A stretch of DNA of 64,000 nt, from contig NC_043000.1 of NCBI RefSeq assembly GCF_006345805.1, positions 63,054,001-63,118,000 on the forward strand, read 5' to 3'. The stretch comes from Octopus sinensis (taxonomy: Eukaryota). Below, one piece after another: positions 56,035-64,000 of this stretch. The translations under genes were made by a program, and so were the position numbers. Numbering within the stretch: the first letter of the stretch is position 1; every line of letters begins with the position of its first letter. The notes beneath the pieces were generated by a model, which worked only from the letters and a program-made list of their open reading frames with translations, was not told where the DNA came from and made no database searches.

Positions 56035-56354
56035 GTAGCCAGCCAGTAGGTGTCGCTTCCGACAATCTCTGTTCGATGGTTTTAGTTACCTAGTTTCGGT
56101 GGAATACATCCACTTGTTTTCAATAATAGAAATATTAAAATAACTAAGTCTCTCTAAAAGAGAACAGCGGCAGCGTTCCCGGAAAATAATAGTTATCGCC
56201 ATACTAATATGGCATTCTTATAAAAATAAGGAAAAAGCTGTCCGCTGATTAGCTCCATGAGGCCATCGCCTTAAGTTAGCTATTTGATACACAAACTGTA
56301 TCCATATAACCTTCGAACAAGGGAGGTCAGTCGCTCCACACTACTTGGCCGGCA

Positions 56355-56396
56355 GCTACAGACGCGTTTCGGGGTATTGCCCCTTTTCAATGCAGC
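56355..56396 (-). ncRNA. Type I hammerhead ribozyme, U3-A8 variant (copy 3)
   Basis: Same core sequence as copy 1. Confidence 0.8.
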
Positions 56397-56534
56397 GTAG
56401 CCAGCCAGTAGGTGTCGCTTCCGACAATCTCTGTTCGATGGTTTTCTTTACCTAGTTTCGGTGGAATACATCCACTTGTTTTCAATAATAGAAATAATAG
56501 AGATTGTCGGAAGCGACACCTACTGGCTGGCTAC

Positions 56535-56576
56535 GCTGCATTGAAAAGGGGAAATACCCCGAAACGCGTCTGTAGC
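56535..56576 (+). ncRNA. Type I hammerhead ribozyme, U3-A8 variant (inverted copy 4)
   Basis: Same core; loop II is AAAUA. Predicted cleavage after 56570. Confidence 0.8.
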
Positions 56577-57004
56577 TGCCGGTCAAGTAGTGTGGAGCGA
56601 CTGACCTCCCTTGTTCGAAGGTTATATGGATACAGTTTGTGTATCAAATAGCTAACTTAAGGCGATGGCCTCATGGAGCTAATAAGCGGACAGCTTTTTT
56701 CTTATTTTTATAAGAATGCCATATTAGTATGGCGATAACTATTATTTTCCGGGAACGCTGCCGCTGTTCTCTTTTAGAGAGACTTAGTTATTTTAATATT
56801 TCTATTAATAAAAGAACATATATATATATAATATAATAATACAAACAACAAAATCACCATAAAGAATGAACCTATTAACAAGTTCAGCCTTACATGAATG
56901 AAAGAGTCAGAATAACGAGATCTTGAAACATAAGAGATTCACAGACCACACACATATTAATCATATATTTCTATCTTCAGCGGCCCAACAAATACCACTA
57001 GCTG

Positions 57005-57081
<77 letters not shown>

Positions 57082-57281
57082 GTGTGTGTGTGTGTAGTAA
57101 AATAGATGTTTGCATGAACAAAATCAACGTGCTCAATACATACAGCAGAGTGAAATACATTAGATAATGGAGTTCGTTAATGGTAATACATTGTGATTGA
57201 AGTTTCATGTCCATGAGAGCTCAAAACCACGAGACGACTGAAATCTCAACAACTTATTTGAATATCAGACGTATATATAGG

Positions 57282-57441
57282 AGCAGGCGTGACTGTGTGC
57301 TAAGAAGCTTGCTTGCCAACCAATCGATTCCGGGTTCAATCTCACTGCGGGGTACTTTGGGCAAGTATCTTCTACTATAGCCTCGGGCCGACCAAAGCTT
57401 TGTGAGTGGATTCGGTAGATGGAAACTGAAAGAAGCCCGTC

Positions 57442-57475
<34 letters not shown>

Positions 57476-57715
57476 ATGTGTGTGTATGTGTGTGTGTGTG
57501 GTGTGTGTGTGTGTGTTTGTCCCACCTACCATCGCTTGACAATTGGTGTTAGCGTGTTTACGTCCCTGTAACTTAGCGATTCAGCAAAAATACCGATAGA
57601 ATAAGTACTAGGCTTACAAATAATAAGTTTTGGGTTCGATTTGTTCGACTAAGAGCAGTGCTCCAGCAAGGCCGCAGTCAAATGACTGAGACAAATAAAA
57701 GAATAAATGACTTGT
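57282..57715 (+). mobile_element. SINE family A, full length
   Basis: Head, central microsatellite and tail. Confidence 0.85.
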
Positions 57716-60306
57716 TATTTTTACATGCGAGTTTCCATGGGATAGAATATATTCATTTATTGTTATCATCTCTAACAGAAGCTTTGATCGAGAGAGATGT
57801 TATTGAAAAGATATGTGTATTCAATGCAGTTGTAGCAGTGGATATTTAAGACCGACTGCCTTTGAAAATAAAGCTAAAGTAAATTGTTTGCCTGTTATTT
57901 TGTCTAATTATTCTGTCTAAAAATCAGATATGGCTGATCCTTTGTAGTGGGAAGGGAAGTCATGGACTCTTGTGGACGAAAGTCACGATAATAAATAAGG
58001 AATAACATTTGAAGACAAGACGGCTGAAAGAATCAACGCATTGTTAGCTTTCTATGTAAAACATTAAACCTAAGACCATAGTAATGTTAGGTTCCAGATT
58101 TCCACGGTCTAATTGTCCCACATGATAATTATGTAATAAAATGGCGTTGATTAAATGTTAAGCGATGTAGATTATCTGGTCAATTTGTATATTCTTATCA
58201 TTATTCATGTATGAGCAATGGAATGAAACTAATCAAGTTCTGTGAATTTAATAAATGGTTCGGTTCGAAATCATGGGAACGTTACCGACTAATTCGGGTT
58301 TCTAAATCTCTTCAGCCGCTTCGATTTGGCGAGAGCTGATGACAGAAGGTTGCTCGGAATACAAGACAAAAGCCTGATTTTGAACGCCAGTATTGTAACA
58401 CATTATGCATTTAATAGAACAAATGTCCTAAGATAGCGCCACCTTTGCTTCGTCGGCGACGAAGAAAGCAGATAGCAATAAGACAGTTACCTTTTTCACT
58501 TGGTAGCACAGAAGACAATCAGTGTTAACAGCCCTTCAACTCGGAATTTTACTTTTGAATTCAGGGCTAAAGTAGTTAAGGTGGCTATTTTGTGATGGCT
58601 CAATGGCCTTGTATTATGCTTGTGGTGTTTACTTGCAGCCCTGTTGGTAATCTGTGTGTCATGATACCAGCAACGAGAAAGAGATTAGTTTTAGTCAGTA
58701 GACTAGTATGAATTACTTTGGTTAGATCCCGAATGTCTTCTTTTCTCTTTTTTTTTTTTTTTCCTGTACTGCATCACTGATGTCAGTTCTTGTAGTTGTA
58801 GTTACACTGTAGAATATGTTCATATTTGTCATTCACTGTATTCTTACTGCGAGGAGTCTGGCCACCGTTTTTTTATAACATTGGACATGAGTTACGATAG
58901 AAATTGTGCTTCGTCGTGTGAGTGTAATGAAAGGATTTACCAAGATTGTACGTTTTTGGATACTTTAATAATGCTTAAGCAATTACTCCTGTTGAGTTTC
59001 GTAATTATGTATCCTGAGGAGGTGGGCGTATGGGTGAAGGTGTGACACAAGGGGTTTTTGGCAAATGAATAGAGAACACTTTTAGGCTGTGTTTATCAGT
59101 CAGTCAACTGCGGCTCTGTTGGGGCATTTCCTTTAAGGATTTTATTCAATCATATTGATCCCAACACTTTTTTTTTACTGTAGTACTAGGCTCAGAGCTA
59201 CGGCTATACTGAAAGTTCAGAAATTAATTTATTGATATTTATTGCGTAACTGTTATACTTTTTGACACAATGCCAATATAGTCTCAACACGATCCTCAAC
59301 ACAGACTTGCACGCATACACACACTTACAAATACATATCCATACACACTCACTCAAATGACAAACAGACAGACCGACGGATAGATATCCTGACTAAAAAT
59401 TTGGGTGTTGTCAGGTCAATGAAGACCAAAAATATAAAGGGTTTTAGTAATGAAAAAAATAAAAATTAATCGATATAGTCAGCCAAAAAATTAACAAATT
59501 AAAATTGCATCCATAAGGACAAAATTAAAATTGGGCATCTAAGGGAGACAACTTTATGATTCAAGGGGAACAACTACCAACTTTATATTATTTGAATCGT
59601 TAGCATGCCGGCGCTGTCTTCCTGTCCTGGTCTCAAATTCTGCCGAGGTCGACTCACATCAAACCTTTTTTAAAATATCAAGTTAAATATCCAACGGAAT
59701 CCTTTTATGGTTCCTTTTTGCACTATAACCCTCCATTCCACTTGTAGGTAAATCCAGCAGTGGCGAAGATCAACAAAATCATTCAAAACAAATAGGTAGT
59801 ATAAAAAATAGTACCATAGAAAAAGTGATTCGTGAGATCAAAAAATGGTTGTCTTATTCCAATGGATGTAATGCCAGAAATAATATGAAGATGAAGTGAG
59901 GCAGAAAGAATTACAGCTAGTTTAAGGGTTATCAAGTTCATATATAATACACCCCTTGTGCCTCAAACTCGGGGCATAAAATCTCCACACTATACCTAAT
60001 CACACATATACGCAACATTGTGCTAACATACAACATATGTACCAACAGACATTGCTACCATAATGACTATTGTTTCCAGCTGGCTTTTTTTTTCTTTACT
60101 AGTTTCAGCTCAAGAGCTGCAGCCATGCTGGGGCACCACTGCTAATTCAAAATTTGGTGGATTGGTAGTGGTGTTGGTTGTATTGGTTTAGATAATGGCA
60201 GGAACATAGTTGGTATTTGGAACATCAGTCATCAAATCAGATTATCCCATGATGTCAGGGTACTGCAATATGGTTTAGTAATATACTAAGTAAGTACTTT
60301 CTTCAA

Positions 60307-60537
60307 ATCCACCTTTTAGGATTTAAACCAGCCATATCTGGCCAAAATACTCTACTTGCTTTATATCCAAACTGGTCAGATCTGGTTTCTCATACCTACC
60401 CTACAATGTCATTCTAAAATATTAACAGTTGCCTCATCAAAATCTCATAGCTACAAGATAATGCATGATTAATTCAAAACAATGTGAATGAATAAGAATT
60501 ACATTCTGACAGAGTAATCTGATTGCTAAAGGGTTAA
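60307..60537. mobile_element. piggyBac-like MITE (left end decayed)
   Basis: Ends GCTAAAGGG-TTAA; homologous to 60730-60926. Confidence 0.65.
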
Positions 60538-60647
60538 AGTCATTATAGCACCAGGCAAAAGTCTGGTTGTTGGCCTTCTTTTGTTTACACTCTTGCATTG
60601 TCTTTTTTCAATGTTCTTTTGGAAAACAAGTATATGTTGATCTAAAC

Positions 60648-61080
60648 CAGTGGTTCTCAACCATTTACTACCCATGGACACCATTCATTCATATTTTACT
60701 CCAGTTAGACCCACATAGCCATTCGATGTTTAACTCTTCAGCATTTCAACCAGCCATGTTTGGCCATAATATTCTACTTGTTTTATGTTCATACTGACCA
60801 CATTTAATTTCTCCCACATCATTCTTAAAACTTAACAGTTACCTATTCAAAATCTCAAACCTATGATATAATGCATAGGCAGAATGCATTACATTAGACA
60901 GAATAATGTGAATGCTAAAGAGTTAAAAATAAATCCTATTATATTTTTGTAATTAAATATTGTTAGGAATTCTATGAAAAAAATTGTTATAATATTTTGT
61001 GTATTGTAAACATATTACCAGTCTGTTGCACATAAATTTTAACAACACAATCTTATATGGACCCTGGTTGATAACCACTG
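60648..61080. mobile_element. hAT-type MITE with 8-bp TSD
   Basis: TIRs CAGTGGTTCTCAACC and GGTTGATAACCACTG. Flanks ATCTAAAC and ATCTACAC. Confidence 0.85.
60730..60926. mobile_element. piggyBac-like MITE nested in the hAT MITE
   Basis: TTAA-CTCTTCAGCATT ... AATGCTAAAGAG-TTAA. Confidence 0.75.
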
Positions 61081-61170
61081 ATCTACACTTCATTGATACA
61101 GCTTGTATTGTTGTTTTAGGGCATCAGGAAAGATAGCCACCATATGAGTACATATACATACATCCACCCC

Positions 61171-61201
<31 letters not shown>

Positions 61202-61569
61202 CAGATATATATGTATGGATATATGCATAATACATATATACATACATTTACACAAACACACACACACACATATAAATATATATATATTTATTTATATTAT
61301 TTAATAAACACAATATGTTTTTACATACTACTTTAAGTTTCATGTGCTGAGACCATGTCAAACATTGTTTTACAGCAAGTTTGGTGTCTGAGCACAAACA
61401 TCAGACACTGCCCACATGGCATAACAAACTAAAAATGAAAAAGTAGATCAGTGGCTCTCAAACAGGGTCCATATATGATTGTATTGTTAAAATTTATATG
61501 CAATAAGCTGGTTATACTTTTACAATACACAAAAGATTAAATACACACATATATGTGTGTGTGTTTTCT

Positions 61570-61935
61570 ACCTTTTACTTGTTTCAACCATTGGACTGTC
61601 ACCATACTAGATCACTGGCTTGAAAGGTTTTAGTCAAATGAATCGACCTCAGTACTTGTTTTTTAAAACCTGATACTTATTCTATCAGTGTCTTCGGCCA
61701 AACTACTAAGTTACGGGGACATAAATAAACTAAGGCCAGTTGTCAAGCAGTGGTGAGGGACAAACACAAAGACACACACATACATACATAAATATATATA
61801 CAATATGCTTCTTTTCAGTTTCCATCTACAGAATCAACTCACAAGGCATTGGTTGACTGAAGGTGCCACAGAGTGGGACTGAACTCAGAACCATGAGGTT
61901 AAGAAGTAAACTTTGTACCATACACACGCCTGTGC
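61570..61935 (-). mobile_element. SINE family A, diverged
   Basis: Similar to other copies. Confidence 0.7.
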
Positions 61936-61967
61936 CTATTATATATATATACACACACACACAAAGG

Positions 61968-62303
61968 GTAAAGACCCCCTTCAGTCATGAATGACCATGG
62001 GATTGCACCTAGAAAGTTCCCCACTGAGGCATGTCTGGGCAAGGTTGTGTATGGAAGACTAGCAGCCATCCATGCATACCAAATTTTCCTCTCCATACTA
62101 CCAATGTTATCCAAGGGAAAGCCAAAGAACAATACAGTTTGGCACCAGTGACATCGCAACTCATTTCAAAAGCCGAGTGAACTGGAGCAACATGAAATAA
62201 AGTGTCTTGCTCAAGAAGAAAACACACAGCCTGGTTTGAGAACTGAACTTACTACCTTATGATTGTGAGCCCAATGCTCTAAGTACTGAGTCATGTGCCT
62301 TCA
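61968..62303 (-). mobile_element. SINE family B, full length
   Basis: tRNA-like head at about 62240-62303; body and tail match 30598-30810. Confidence 0.8.
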
Positions 62304-64000
62304 CACACACACATATATATATAAAGGTAAGCATTCATGTCAGGTCTCTGCATCAAGGATGACCTCTTCCAATCAAAGACCTTAGAATACAGTTATAAGC
62401 ATGCCCTTTCCCCCAGTGTCTATGTGGTATAAAAAGAAAAGAATTTAAATAATATATAATTTGTGCATGTATATGAATTACTGAAGAAAGCAAAAGAAAA
62501 AAATGAGAAAAAGAGAAAAGACAAAAAAGACATGAAGTCAATAGAATTCTTTATTATTATTATTCAGCTCCATCTGAGAAGGGCATCAATTTGCAAGACA
62601 TGTACAAAAGTATTCCCTAGCAAAGTGAGTTGAACATACTTAACTATACAGTTTAACCTCAACTTATATAATGTCCAGAATGTAACATGCACTAGATGGC
62701 ATCAGATCACTGCTACACTAATGCACTGAGGGAACTCAGCTCAGAGATATTTACTGATACATTAGGGAACCACAGGTCCTTGATGCACTAGACAATAATT
62801 CAGATCACTGATTCAGTGATTCAATAGAAACCATTGAATCGTTGATGTAATTTTTAACAGAGCGAACATTGAATTACAGGTTCAATGGGACATTGCACCC
62901 CCCACCAACCCTGAGCTGATGATACAACTACAGTACATTTGACTCCCTGATTCAATGATACACTAGAAAGAACATTTATACACCAATGACTGCATTAACG
63001 GTACAGTAGAGGTCATTGAATCACTACGTGAATGATACTCTTATTAATTCAATGATCTGCTATAGAATATTGGACCATTAATTCAATGATGTATTAAAGA
63101 ACATCAAATCCTAAAGTCAACGAAAAAAAAAAAAGAAAAGAAAAAAACAAACAAAAAATAATAAATAATTTTTTTTTCTTTAAATCCCAGATGTCATGCA
63201 GCAAAATAGAACTGCAAAATAAATGCATCAACAGAGACATTTAAGCTATTCCAGTTAAAAGGTCAATAATAATAATAATAATAATAGTAATAATAATAAT
63301 AATAATAATAAAAAACTAATATAGTAATAGTAAACTAGAATAATAATAGTAATAACAACAACAAAACTCTGCCATTATTAACTTGTTCATTCAATTTTTT
63401 TTTTCATTTTTTTGTTTTTTTTCGCAATTTTCAATTGCCAGATCTAGCAACCAAAGCACTAGCCATAACAGCTAATGCATTCACTCCTGCCTCTTCAGAG
63501 GTAGTAAAAAAAATTATCAACAACTGTGTATAAGCTTGAAAATAGTTTCTAACATAGGCATAAAGCCTTGGGGTTTATAGGGGAAGGGTAAACAGGATTT
63601 TAGTTTCTTTTTTTGTGACATTCATGTCTTTCCCAAGAACATTAGCAAACATAAGTGAAGCAGCTTGCAAACTCAGCTTGAACCAAAGCACCTGTCAAGA
63701 ATAATACCAGCACATTTTTTTTTCAATTCTCAACAGAGCTTTATATTTATATTATTTTTTTCCTTTTTTGCTTAATAAGAATATAAAAAAAAAAAGATCC
63801 AAGTGAATGCACAGAAGAAAAAAGAGAAATAAAAAACAAACAACCAAACAACAAAATTTACAAGAATATAAGATGTAAATGGTAGCAGGATCTAATCCTA
63901 GCTTTGATGGAACCAGATGTCAAAGTGAAACTTAAATTGTCCATAAGGTTCTCTCAAGATATTACGATATCACTGTAAATTAGTAATCAGTTTGGTATTA

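Larger units (their letters stand above)
55465..56806 (-). mobile_element. 362-bp-unit hammerhead tandem array (2.85 direct units + 0.85 inverted unit) with 14-bp TSD; retrozyme-like
   Basis: Units start at 55467, 55829 and 56191, with an inverted segment at 56499-56806. AATAAAAGAACATA at 55451-55464 and 56807-56820. Confidence 0.9.

Noticed and set aside
55467-56495. 362-bp array as CRISPR, 5S rDNA or simple satellite
   Set aside because: There is no repeat-spacer structure and no 5S sequence. The TSD, inversion and HHR indicate a retroposed element.
58285-58345. CTGAAGA/GAAAC (minus) and CTGATGA (plus)
   Set aside because: No stem II or helix I can be formed; chance matches.

Overview
AT-rich, microsatellite-dense eukaryotic non-coding DNA. 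The SINE repertoire and repeat style look like an octopus/cephalopod genome; this is my inference and no search was run. I cannot support any intact host gene. Most ORFs in the track are microsatellite translations (YIYI, CVCV, HTHT) or decayed transposon pieces. The window contains several tRNA-derived SINE families, mariner/Tc1/Tigger/piggyBac/hAT relics and MITEs, RTE, CR1, CRE and L1/Tx1-like non-LTR fragments, a Penelope-like (PLE) RT relic, and LTR/primer-binding-site relics. The most notable signal is a set of hammerhead-ribozyme (HHR) repeats in three unit classes: 362 bp, 495 bp and about 570 bp (two loci). The 362-bp array has four intact-looking U3-A8 variant HHRs, a terminal inversion and a 14-bp target-site duplication. 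In the 569-bp array, the long arm stops exactly at the predicted self-cleavage site. These look like retrozyme-like or PLE-mobilised self-cleaving RNA elements. Cleavage, expression and circularisation are predictions, not shown by the sequence.
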